DNA of 64,000 nt from Clostridia bacterium (GTDB lineage: Bacteria > Bacillota > Clostridia > UMGS1883), in the NCBI GenBank assembly GCA_045545295.1, contig JAZQAO010000004.1, positions 27,105-91,104 on the forward strand, in the 5' to 3' direction. Position numbers and translations under genes: made by a program. Below are positions 1 to 8,843 of the stretch, in pieces; within the stretch, counting starts at the first letter, position 1, and the number at the start of each line of letters is the position of its first letter. Under the pieces are notes generated by a model. The model was not told the DNA's origin. It did not search any database and saw nothing but the letters and a program-made list of their open reading frames with translations.

Positions 1-802
1 TTTCCCAAAGCCCGCTTGTATTTGCAACGCCTCCACATACTGCAATAACGGGGTTTTCAAGTGCTCCTGTTTTTTTGCATACTCTTATTGCGGTATCGGC
101 AAGACCTTTTCCCGCTTTTTCAAATACAGATACGGCAAGCAAATCACCTTCTTTTGCATACTCAGCTGCAACTTTTGTGAATGCCGCTGTTTTATCTCTT
201 TCAAGAGGAAGTATTCTTTTTCTTACTTCGTCTCTTTTTTCTACAAGACCGTCAGTTTGTGCAGTGCACGAAAAAGGCTCTTTCTCCCCGGTTACTGCAG
301 TCACAAAAGGAGTTATAGAATCCTCTTCAAGAGCGTTAAGGCACGCTTTAACAACTTCAAGACCTATATAATATCCGCTTCCTGCATCGCCGATATCTCT
401 GCCCCAACCATCAGAAATAAAATATCCTTTCTTACCACAACCGAGAGCTATTGACCCGGTGCCCGCAAAGATTATCACATCCGCATTGGCATTTTTGCGG
501 ATAATATCTCCAATAACACCAGTTGATTCCCTAAACACATCTACAGATGCATTGGGACAGACTTTTTTAAGTGTGTTTTTAACCTGATTGCAGTTTTTTC
601 CACCAAGATTAACAACAATTCTTTCAATTTTATCGTATGACGGAATTTCCCTTATACAACCGGTTAACTCTTCAATCGGTTCATCATTGTTATCCTCTGC
701 AAGTCCAAAGCCCTTTATAATCTTTTCAAAAAAAACATTTCCCGCCATATCTGATGCCAAAATTTTTGTTTTTGTACCACCGCTGTCAATTGCAACTATC
801 AT
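1..802 (-). CDS. BadF/BadG/BcrA/BcrD-type ATPase, N-acetylglucosamine/MurNAc kinase-like (C-terminus lies beyond the left window edge)
   Basis: Own minus-strand translation from ATG at 802: MIVAIDSGGTKTKILASDMAG...IIFAGTGSIALG...DGWGRDIGDAGSGYYIG. The frame stays open to position 1. ATGA start/stop overlap with murQ. Confidence 0.8.
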   Translation of the reverse strand, partial: MIVAIDSGGTKTKILASDMAGNVFFEKIIKGFGLAEDNNDEPIEELTGCIREIPSYDKIERIVVNLGGKNCNQVKNTLKKVCPNASVDVFRESTGVIGDIIRKNANADVIIFAGTGSIALGCGKKGYFISDGWGRDIGDAGSGYYIGLEVVKACLNALEEDSITPFVTAVTGEKEPFSCTAQTDGLVEKRDEVRKRILPLERDKTAAFTKVAAEYAKEGDLLAVSVFEKAGKGLADTAIRVCKKTGALENPVIAVCGGVANTSGLWE

Positions 803-1608
803 TTTTTGTATTCCTCCACGGTTTTTCGTATGCTCCAGTCGTTCTTACTCAAATATTTTTCTGCCAATGTTTCGTCTACACCAAGGATTTCACAAACTAT
901 ACCAATTACGCGCTTTTTCAGTTTTACATTTGAGGGTTTTACATTTATCATCATATTTTCGTAAACCTTACCCGTCTTTACCATAGCCGCTGTAGTAAGC
1001 ATATTAAGAACCATCTTATGCGCTGTTCCTGCTTTCATACGGGTAGAGCCGGTTATTACCTCTGCGCCAGTATCGGTGATAATACATATATCGCTTTCTT
1101 TTTCAATTTTTGTGTCCTCGTTACAGGTAAGAGCAATTACTGTTGCACCAAGAAATTTTGCCTGCTGCATAGCACCGACAACATATTCAGCACCGCCCGC
1201 AACAGATATTCCGACAAGGACATCTCCTGCTTTTACTCCATATTCATTTACATCGTTAATTCCGCTTTTCAATCCGTCTTCTGCGCCCTCACTTGCAACA
1301 AAAACACAGTCTTTTCCACCTGCAATAATTCCCTGTACACATTCTGTGCTTACGCCATATGTAGGGGGGCACTCAGCAGCATCCATTATTCCGAGTCTGC
1401 CTGAAGTTCCTGCACCTATAAAGAATAATCTGCCTCCGTTTTCAAAAGACTTTGTTATAGCATCTGTTGCTTTTGCGATGCTGGGAAGTGCAGCTTCAAC
1501 CGCACGTACGGCGTTGTAGTTTTCGTCACTTATAATTTTCAGCATCTCTATTGTGTCCATTTTGTCAATATGAGTGCTGCTTGGATTTCTCATTTCAGTT
1601 TTTAACAT
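799..1608 (-). CDS. murQ: N-acetylmuramic acid 6-phosphate etherase
   Basis: 269 aa SIS-domain protein with GRLFFIGAGTSGRLG and STRMKAGTAHKMVLNM motifs typical of MurQ. Confidence 0.9.
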   Translation of the reverse strand: MLKTEMRNPSSTHIDKMDTIEMLKIISDENYNAVRAVEAALPSIAKATDAITKSFENGGRLFFIGAGTSGRLGIMDAAECPPTYGVSTECVQGIIAGGKDCVFVASEGAEDGLKSGINDVNEYGVKAGDVLVGISVAGGAEYVVGAMQQAKFLGATVIALTCNEDTKIEKESDICIITDTGAEVITGSTRMKAGTAHKMVLNMLTTAAMVKTGKVYENMMINVKPSNVKLKKRVIGIVCEILGVDETLAEKYLSKNDWSIRKTVEEYKK

Positions 1609-1626
1609 TTCTTACACCTCTTTAAA

Positions 1627-3540
1627 TCAATAGACATTTTTATTTTCTCTGTATTTCTGCCATACATTTTCAAAAAATCCGTCATCCTCGGGAATAGGTC
1701 TTGAATATCTCCACTCTGTTTTAATATTACCATCCACCAGTGAAAGCTGTTGAATCTTGCCTTCGTTTTTTTCTTCCGTAAGTGAAAAACGAAAAATTTC
1801 TTCAAGTCCCGTTCTGAGTTCACCTTTCGTATCTGTATAGAGAGCACTTCCACGCGAAACCTTTACTCTATCAAAATAATCAGTCATTGCAGTTAAAACC
1901 GCCTGCTGAACAATCATTGTATCCTTTAAGCGATATAGCCACTCTACATCCTTCAATTCTGAAATACCTATCTCAGATTTAAAAGCTGCCAGCTTGCTTT
2001 GCAGATAGCATTTGTGTTTTTCCATATTTTCTGTGTTTCGGATTGCCCCTGCACAGGCACTCATCGCCTTTCTTATATGCAAAAGCTCGCTTTTTGCATT
2101 TGCTTCATTATTAAAGGCATTTTCTATAAAGCTCCTGTTTTTAGATACCGAGGCATCTAAGCTTCTTTTAAAAGCATTCTCACAAATATTTTCAGATTTA
2201 CTTTCACAAATATACTGAGATGCCCGAAGAGCTCCTACCTGCCCCGCATTCAACGCACTTCCCCCAGGTCTTGCAACACCATGCGTCCCTGCACATTCTC
2301 CGATTGCAAATAACCCGCTGACTTCGGTTTCCCACCACTTATTTACAGAAACACCTCCATTGTTGTGTTGTGAGCATACGGCAATTTCAAGGTAACTTTC
2401 TGTTATATCGACGCCTTTTTCTCTGTAAAGCGAAATCGCCGGCATATTCATTTTTTCAAGACGCTGTATCGGCGTTCCAAAAAGTGCATTTGCATTTTCA
2501 AGATACTCATACACCTCGCGGTCAAGCTTTTCAAACTCAATTTCTTCAAGGTCGAAAGGGTTTTTGGTGAAGTCAAGATATACCGTTCTTCCCCTTAAAA
2601 TGTTCTCCCGGTACACAAGCAAATCAATAACAGATGACCCGTTTCTGACCTTGTTAATATCAAAGGGCCACTGATATCCTTTCAAAAACACTACGGACAT
2701 TGCCTCGTATTTATCCTCAAAGAATTCACTTAAAAATTCATACTCATTACCATTACTGTCAATCGACACAAAACGCGGCAACACCTGCATATATGTACCT
2801 GATACATTCCATTTCGGATTTACGGAAGCAAGTCCGTATTGCCACTCCGTCATATTCTGAAGCGACGCACCTGCTTCGAGCGCCAGACTTGAAAATCCGT
2901 TATGGCTTGTGGGATATACGCTGTCACTGTAAATTCCCGAAGGTCCGCCCGTTGCAAGAATTACATTATGACACCGAAATGCAATATACTCGTTATTATT
3001 TAAATCATAACCAAGAAGTCCACATACCTTTTTATTGCTCACGAGAATTTCTACCGTAAGAATTCTGTCATATACATCCGTCCCAAGTGCGGCTGCCTTA
3101 TTCTCAAGAGCTTCTGTCATATATTTTGATGTAAGAGGCCCCACGCTTGTAGCTCGGGCAAATGGGTCGTGATCTGTTTTGTACCCCACATATTCTCCGT
3201 AGCGGTTGCAGGGAAAAGGAACTCCCGCTTCACAAAGATTAAAAAAACATCTTACTGAAAGTGCCGCTTCGCAAAGAGCGTTATCACCGTCAACACATCC
3301 GCCTGAAAAAAGCGTCTGTGCCATACTTCTGACACTGTCGGGCGTATCTCCCGAAAGTCCCAGCTTATAATAGGTCTGCTTATCACTTCCCGTATTTCTT
3401 GAAGTACCGCACAAAACTCCCTCCGTTACTACGCAGACACTTTTTCTGCCGTCTTCCTTTATGCGACAAGCCGCACTGTAGCCGGCAGCACCGCTGCCGA
3501 CTATAACTGCATCATATTCTTTTACTTTTATATTTTGCAT
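1627..3540 (-). CDS. FAD-dependent oxidoreductase (fumarate reductase / L-aspartate oxidase flavoprotein-like)
   Basis: 637 aa. N-terminal dinucleotide fold YDAVIVGSGAAGYSAA; GECAGTHGVARPGGSALNAGQV motif of the FAD_binding_2 family. Confidence 0.75.
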   Translation of the reverse strand: MQNIKVKEYDAVIVGSGAAGYSAACRIKEDGRKSVCVVTEGVLCGTSRNTGSDKQTYYKLGLSGDTPDSVRSMAQTLFSGGCVDGDNALCEAALSVRCFFNLCEAGVPFPCNRYGEYVGYKTDHDPFARATSVGPLTSKYMTEALENKAAALGTDVYDRILTVEILVSNKKVCGLLGYDLNNNEYIAFRCHNVILATGGPSGIYSDSVYPTSHNGFSSLALEAGASLQNMTEWQYGLASVNPKWNVSGTYMQVLPRFVSIDSNGNEYEFLSEFFEDKYEAMSVVFLKGYQWPFDINKVRNGSSVIDLLVYRENILRGRTVYLDFTKNPFDLEEIEFEKLDREVYEYLENANALFGTPIQRLEKMNMPAISLYREKGVDITESYLEIAVCSQHNNGGVSVNKWWETEVSGLFAIGECAGTHGVARPGGSALNAGQVGALRASQYICESKSENICENAFKRSLDASVSKNRSFIENAFNNEANAKSELLHIRKAMSACAGAIRNTENMEKHKCYLQSKLAAFKSEIGISELKDVEWLYRLKDTMIVQQAVLTAMTDYFDRVKVSRGSALYTDTKGELRTGLEEIFRFSLTEEKNEGKIQQLSLVDGNIKTEWRYSRPIPEDDGFFENVWQKYRENKNVY

Positions 3541-3550
3541 ACACTACCCC

Positions 3551-4300
3551 TTACAATCTTCTTAAGTGAAATCCGCCGTCAACATCTATTGATTGCCCGG
3601 TAACATAAGGCAAACTGCCTGAACACAGTGCAAATACTGCAGAAGCGATATCTTCCGGTTTTCCCCATCTTTTTATCGGAAGAAGCCCTCCGTCTATTAG
3701 TGCATCGTACTTTTCCTTTACTTTTTCCGTCATACCGGTCTGAATTATACCGGGTCTTACTTCATTGACCGGTATGCCGTACTCTGCAAGTCTGTCGGCA
3801 AAAAGTTTTGTTATCATAGACACGCCTGCTTTTGATATGCAGTATTCTCCTCTACTGACAGAGCTTGTATACGCAGACATAGAGGATATATTACAGATAA
3901 AACCTCTGATATCCCCGTTTTTTTCGTTTCTTATCATTACATTTGAAACTGCCTGAGTAAGAAAAAGCGTACCCTTTGTGTTAATATTCATAACAAAATC
4001 GTAGCTTTCCTCTGTCATTTCCAGAATATCATTTCTCACTTTCGGAGCTACCCCTGCAACATTTACAAGACCATCTATTCTTCCAAATTTTTCAATTGCC
4101 TTAAGAACAAGCTTTTCTCTGTCTGTGCGGGAACTCAAATCGCATTTAACATAATAATATTTTTCATGCTGAATATTTTTTAAGGCAACTTCATTATCAG
4201 CGATATCCATTCCCGTAACAGCGTAGCCGTTATCTAAGAATTTTTTTGCAACAGCCTCTCCGATTCCTCCTGCACAACCAGTTACAATTATATTCTTCAT
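3551..4300 (-). CDS. SDR-family oxidoreductase
   Basis: 249 aa. TGCAGGIG cofactor motif, YCISKAG catalytic motif. 4-nt overlap with the upstream gene. Confidence 0.85.
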   Translation of the reverse strand: MKNIIVTGCAGGIGEAVAKKFLDNGYAVTGMDIADNEVALKNIQHEKYYYVKCDLSSRTDREKLVLKAIEKFGRIDGLVNVAGVAPKVRNDILEMTEESYDFVMNINTKGTLFLTQAVSNVMIRNEKNGDIRGFICNISSMSAYTSSVSRGEYCISKAGVSMITKLFADRLAEYGIPVNEVRPGIIQTGMTEKVKEKYDALIDGGLLPIKRWGKPEDIASAVFALCSGSLPYVTGQSIDVDGGFHLRRL

Positions 4301-5622
4301 ATATATAATTCTCCTTTTTTGAAAGCTTTGTATATTTCTGAATACAGTGAATCACGGATAACGCAACCCGGTGTTGTTCCTCCGCGCATAAGCTCCGTAC
4401 ATTTTGAACAACATATACATATTTTTTCTTTTTTCATTCCGTCTCCTGTTAAAATGTCATTTGCAAATTCAGGGTATGCAAAAATCGTTCTGCCGAAACC
4501 TGCAAAATCAAAGCCTCCCCGTTCAAGATATGCCGCACATACATAAGGTGCCGCAACACCAAGATAAGACACGCCCGAAGATATAATCTTTATTGACGGT
4601 ACTTCTTTTTTGAGCATTTCTGTTCCGTCAAGCATTCTTCTGACCCCTTCCAAAGGGTGCTCCTCTGCTTTGTAGCCGCCAGATGCGAAAGGGCGATTAA
4701 CATGAGGATTGAAGTAGGGATTGCCCATCGTTATATTAAGAAGCTGCACGCCCTCTTTCTCCAGTTCTTTTAAAAGCCAAACCGGCTCGTGTAAGTCAAA
4801 CTCAGTTCCACCTTCAGGATTAACACCAAATCCGTAGGGATATTCAAAGCCGTCATAAACATTTAACCTTGATGTTACTATAAAATCATCCGAACAAAGT
4901 TCCATTGCACCGCAGATTGCTTCTCTTAAAAGTCTTGTACGGTTTTCAAGACTTCCGCCATATTTTCCGTCTCTGTTGTATGCCGACAAAAGCTCAGAAT
5001 TAAGATATCTGTGACAGCATTTTATATCAACACCGTCAAAGCCTGCTTTTTCTGCAAGCTGCGCTGAAAAAATCAGGTTTTCTTTTATTTCATCTATCTG
5101 ATCATCTGTAAGGATATGGTTTTTATCAATCGGATTATTTTCTTCAAAAACAGGATTGTTATATGCAATAAGCGGTTCCGGCTTACCGTGTGGCTTGCTG
5201 TATCTTCCCGAATGTGTCGCCTGCATAATAATAATCGGTTCAAATCCGTTTTCTTTCATTGCCGTTTCTTTTATTTCCGAAACTATGCTTTTGAAATCAT
5301 CAAGATTTTCTTCTTTTATCCACAGCTGTCTTGGATTTGCTCTTCCGTCCTCACGGCAGGCAGTCGCTTCAAACCAGATAAGACCTGCACCGCCTTTTGC
5401 AAAGCGCCCATATCTTCTTCGGGTCAGTTCATCGGGAGAGCCTGCGAAAGTTCCGTCACAGCCTTCCATCGCCTGACAGACAAGTCTGTTTTCTACAGTT
5501 TTCTTACCTATAGTTTCTTTTTTTGAAAAAGCACTCAAATCATCACAAAACGGAAGATTTGCATTCAATATTTCGTTTTGTTCCTTAAAGTCATTTATAC
5601 TGCTGTAAACCTGTCTTTTCAT
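4297..5622 (-). CDS. Old-yellow-enzyme-like NADH:flavin oxidoreductase with a C-terminal Cys cluster
   Basis: OYE/2,4-dienoyl-CoA-reductase-like TIM barrel (GFDGVDIKCCHRYL). C-terminal CICCSKCTELMRGGTTPGC. The track start at 5634 is a TTG; the ATG at 5622 is preceded by GGAGGA, so I prefer it. Confidence 0.75.
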   Translation of the reverse strand: MKRQVYSSINDFKEQNEILNANLPFCDDLSAFSKKETIGKKTVENRLVCQAMEGCDGTFAGSPDELTRRRYGRFAKGGAGLIWFEATACREDGRANPRQLWIKEENLDDFKSIVSEIKETAMKENGFEPIIIMQATHSGRYSKPHGKPEPLIAYNNPVFEENNPIDKNHILTDDQIDEIKENLIFSAQLAEKAGFDGVDIKCCHRYLNSELLSAYNRDGKYGGSLENRTRLLREAICGAMELCSDDFIVTSRLNVYDGFEYPYGFGVNPEGGTEFDLHEPVWLLKELEKEGVQLLNITMGNPYFNPHVNRPFASGGYKAEEHPLEGVRRMLDGTEMLKKEVPSIKIISSGVSYLGVAAPYVCAAYLERGGFDFAGFGRTIFAYPEFANDILTGDGMKKEKICICCSKCTELMRGGTTPGCVIRDSLYSEIYKAFKKGELYI

Positions 5623-5646
5623 GTCATCCTCCAAATGCCCAATATC

Positions 5647-6363
5647 TTAATATTTTTCAATAAAATCTGCGATAATTGCAGGGTCATCAAGTCCATGGGG
5701 ATGATGATTGCAATTGTCTTTAATATAAACTTCTATGTCTGCACCGTTTTCTTTGTAGTATTTTTCTAACAACGCACCGTTTTCGGCATAAGGAACCACA
5801 TCGTCCAACGCTCCTGCCACCATGATAACGGGAAGATTGTTATTAACCAGAACATCAAGCTTATCCAGCGGATGGTCTCTGTAAGAAAGAAGCTCAACAA
5901 GTGTCATTTTTGTTTTTTCAAAAAACTCATTACTCCTCTCTTTTGAAGCACCGAATGCCGCAGGATAACTTAAAAGATTTATGACCGGAGCATCAAGATA
6001 CAGTACACTTATAAGTTCAGGAACAAGTGCCGCCGTTTTTACGGCATATAATCCTCCGCAGCTCATTCCCACAAGAGCGCATTTTTTGTTTAAGGAAAAT
6101 TCTTCTGAAACAAACCTTATAAATTCACATTTTCTTTTCAGGTCAAAATCCTGCGCCCAACGGTTGTGATTCTGATTATAAGCTATATGCCATCCCCTGT
6201 TTAATAACTCTTTTTCCAGAGATACAAAAGCACCGAAATATTCTGTTTTTAACGCCCACTTTCCGTTAGGCTCGCAATTTGGTTTTATTACACAAGCTTT
6301 AAGTCCATCGAATTCAAATTCAACGCCCCCAAAACCTTCCCACTCAAAGTTATTTAATTTCAT
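5647..6363 (-). CDS. alpha/beta hydrolase (esterase-like)
   Basis: 238 aa, GMSCGG nucleophile elbow (GxSxG), no signal peptide. First gene of the minus-strand operon. Confidence 0.6.
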   Translation of the reverse strand: MKLNNFEWEGFGGVEFEFDGLKACVIKPNCEPNGKWALKTEYFGAFVSLEKELLNRGWHIAYNQNHNRWAQDFDLKRKCEFIRFVSEEFSLNKKCALVGMSCGGLYAVKTAALVPELISVLYLDAPVINLLSYPAAFGASKERSNEFFEKTKMTLVELLSYRDHPLDKLDVLVNNNLPVIMVAGALDDVVPYAENGALLEKYYKENGADIEVYIKDNCNHHPHGLDDPAIIADFIEKY

Positions 6364-6431
6364 ATTGCTACCTTCCTTATTGGTTTTCTATATTATAAAT
6401 AATAATATTTTCCAATTAAATACTTTTTGTG

Positions 6432-6462
6432 AATTTGTCACTAAAAACACCAAATTTGTCAC
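6432..6462 (-). promoter_or_regulatory. Direct-repeat operator (2 x AATTTGTCAC, 21-bp spacing) upstream of the 6363 minus operon
   Basis: Exact 10-mers at 6432-6441 and 6453-6462, 73 and 94 nt upstream of the start codon at 6363. Same motif and geometry at 40803-40830. Confidence 0.65.
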
Positions 6463-6496
6463 GCACAAACCGATTTTATAATTTTATCTTTTCAGA

Positions 6497-6531
6497 AAGT
6501 GTGACATTTTTAATAAAACGCTGACACTTTT
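6497..6531 (+). promoter_or_regulatory. Mirror-image direct-repeat operator (GTGACATTTTT / CTGACACTTTT) upstream of the 6604 plus operon
   Basis: GTGACA at 6501-6506 and CTGACA at 6521-6526, 98 and 78 nt upstream of ATG 6604. The 17-mer GTGACATTTTTAATAAA (6501-6517) is identical to the reverse complement of 40814-40830. TATAAT at 6557-6562. Confidence 0.65.
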
Positions 6532-6603
6532 TGCTTTTATGTTGACTTGATTTTTCTATAATGCTAAAATCAGCCTGTATTCTAAAAAAAGGAAGTGTTT
6601 TCA

Positions 6604-7797
6604 ATGAGTATCAGAATTTTAACAGTTGGCGCAGGCGGCTTTGCCTCAAACTACACACGCCTTTTTCTCGATAACTTAGACAGTGGGAAATACGAGTATT
6701 CAGGCGTTGTGGAAATATGTGACGACTTTCCTTATAAAGACGAATTTATCGAAAAAAATATTCCCATATACAAAACAATAGAAGAATTCTATTCCGAAAA
6801 CGGTGCTGAGCTGGCATTTATAAGCACTCCGCCTCATTTCCATGCTCAGCAGTGTATATATGCCGTAAATCACGGCTCTGATGTCCTTTGCGAAAAGCCT
6901 ATCGCTACTGCATTTGAGGATGCCATGGCAATATGCGAAGCATCGGAAGCTGCCGGTAAATTTGTTGGAATTGGCTACCAGTACTCTTATGCAAAACCTT
7001 TTCTTGATTTAAAAAGAGATATTCTCAGCGGTGCACTCGGAAAGCCCATTCAACTTAAAACTATGCTTTCCTGGCCAAGAAGCCGGCAGTACTATAATAG
7101 AAGCAACGGATGGGCAGGTCGAGTAAAGGATGCCGATGGAAAGCTGATTCTTGACTCTGTTATTTCAAACGGCGCTGCACATTATCTTCACAATATGCTT
7201 TTTCTTTTAGGTGATACCACAGATACATCCTGTCTTCCCGAAAAATACAGTGCAGAGTTGCTGCGCGCCAATGATATTGAAAACTTTGATGCGGCGGTAA
7301 TACGTATGGAAACAAAGGACAATGTTAAACTGATGATTGCCGCAGGACACTGTGTAAATATCAACATTGACCCGATATTTGATTTTCAGTTTGAAAAAGC
7401 CTCGGTATACTACCGCACCAAGGAACATCTTACAGTAAACTTCAGCGACGGTACAATAAAAGATTACGGAATCCCCTCACATTCTGACGAAAGCAAAATA
7501 TGGAAGTCCATTGACGCCACAGAAAGCAGAGCACCTCTTCCCTGTGTCGCAAAAACAGCGATGCCGCATAATATAATTATTAATAATCTGTATGAAAAAT
7601 GTGAAGTTCAGGATGTCCCCCGCGATATGATTTCATTTGACGAAGAAAACGAGCTTTCCTATGTGAATGGACTTTCCGAAGCGCTTACCTTGTGCTTCGA
7701 GAAAAACAAAATGCTTTCAGAAATTGGTTGGGATTGGGTAAAGACAACCGATTTTCAGCTTGACGAAAAATATATACAGTTTCTAAGTAAAAAATAA
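6604..7797 (+). CDS. Gfo/Idh/MocA-family oxidoreductase
   Basis: Rossmann N-terminus IRILTVGAGGFASNY and the CEKP motif. The track start 6595 is a GTG; ATG 6604 follows GGAAG at suitable spacing. Confidence 0.85.
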   Translation: MSIRILTVGAGGFASNYTRLFLDNLDSGKYEYSGVVEICDDFPYKDEFIEKNIPIYKTIEEFYSENGAELAFISTPPHFHAQQCIYAVNHGSDVLCEKPIATAFEDAMAICEASEAAGKFVGIGYQYSYAKPFLDLKRDILSGALGKPIQLKTMLSWPRSRQYYNRSNGWAGRVKDADGKLILDSVISNGAAHYLHNMLFLLGDTTDTSCLPEKYSAELLRANDIENFDAAVIRMETKDNVKLMIAAGHCVNINIDPIFDFQFEKASVYYRTKEHLTVNFSDGTIKDYGIPSHSDESKIWKSIDATESRAPLPCVAKTAMPHNIIINNLYEKCEVQDVPRDMISFDEENELSYVNGLSEALTLCFEKNKMLSEIGWDWVKTTDFQLDEKYIQFLSKK

Positions 7798-7811
7798 AGG
7801 AGCTATGGCAA

Positions 7812-8675
7812 ATGCAAATTTTTGATATGCATATTCATATGGGGTTCGCCGAGCCTCAGGCTGATATTATTGAGAGGATGACAAACGCTGGAATTTACGG
7901 CGGATGCATCTTTTCTTCTCCCCCGAAAGAATCAAAAGATATTACCTATAAGGATTTTGATGAAAGAATTTACGAGGTGCTCGACTTTACATCGCAATAC
8001 AAAGACAGACTGTTTCCTGTTTTGTGGATTCATCCTGACGAAGAAAACATATTGAAAAAAATAGAAATTGCAATTCAAAAAGGAATTGACGGTTTCAAAA
8101 TTATATGTAACGATTTCTATGTCGGAGACGAGAAGTGTCTTGTTCTTCTACAGGAAATTGCAGATTTGGGGAAACCCGTATTTTTTCATTCCGGAATACT
8201 GTGGGACGGAAACATTTCCTCTGCTTATAATCGTCCGCTGAACTGGGAAGCATTATTAAGAATTAAGGGGCTGAGGTTCTCTATGGGACACTGTTCATGG
8301 CCGTGGCACGATGAATGTATTGCTCTCTACGGGAAATTTCTGAATTCGCTTTTATCCGACAAAACAGCAGAAATGTTTCTTGACATCACACCCGGAACAC
8401 CCGAGGTATACCGTGAGGAGCTTTTGAAAAAAATGTTTTTATCAGGATATGATGTTAAAGGAAATATCCTCTTCGGTACCGATAGTAATGCAGAAAACTA
8501 TAATAGTGAATGGGCAAAAAAATGGCTTGATATTGACGGTAGACTTATGGATATACTTGGTGTAGATAATTCCGCCAGAGAAAAAATATACTTTGATAAC
8601 CTGATGTACTTTCTCGGAAAAAGCAAAAAGAAAAGAACATATACGCTCCCTACACCAGATAACCCTTCAATTTAA
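7812..8675 (+). CDS. amidohydrolase-family (metal-dependent TIM-barrel hydrolase) protein
   Basis: 287 aa, N-terminal DMHIH metal motif. Paralog of the N-terminal half of the 8844-10523 product. Confidence 0.75.
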   Translation: MQIFDMHIHMGFAEPQADIIERMTNAGIYGGCIFSSPPKESKDITYKDFDERIYEVLDFTSQYKDRLFPVLWIHPDEENILKKIEIAIQKGIDGFKIICNDFYVGDEKCLVLLQEIADLGKPVFFHSGILWDGNISSAYNRPLNWEALLRIKGLRFSMGHCSWPWHDECIALYGKFLNSLLSDKTAEMFLDITPGTPEVYREELLKKMFLSGYDVKGNILFGTDSNAENYNSEWAKKWLDIDGRLMDILGVDNSAREKIYFDNLMYFLGKSKKKRTYTLPTPDNPSI

Positions 8676-8704
8676 TAGAGGAAACGTAAAAAAGTCCGGA
8701 CCGC

Positions 8705-8748
8705 AAAAGTGGCAGTTGGAAAAACAAATTTTCCAACTGCCACTTTTT
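8705..8748. terminator. bidirectional rho-independent terminator
   Basis: AGTGGCAGTTGGAAAA / TTTTCCAACTGCCACT 16-bp stem flanked by an A-run and a T-run, between convergent genes. Confidence 0.8.
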
Positions 8749-8750
8749 AC

Positions 8751-8840
8751 TGTATAGGAATTTATGTAATTTAATCGTGTTCAACATTTGTCTGAATTGA
8801 GTTTAGTTAGAACGCAACGAGTGTGAAATTACACGCTGCT
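8751..8840 (+). repeat. possible degenerate copy (D) of the GTATAGGAATTT repeat family
   Basis: Exact 12-mer GTATAGGAATTT at 8752-8763, starting 3 nt after the terminator T-run as in copies A and B. The rest is only weakly similar and ends in a hairpin plus T-run. Confidence 0.3.
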
Positions 8841-8843
8841 TTT

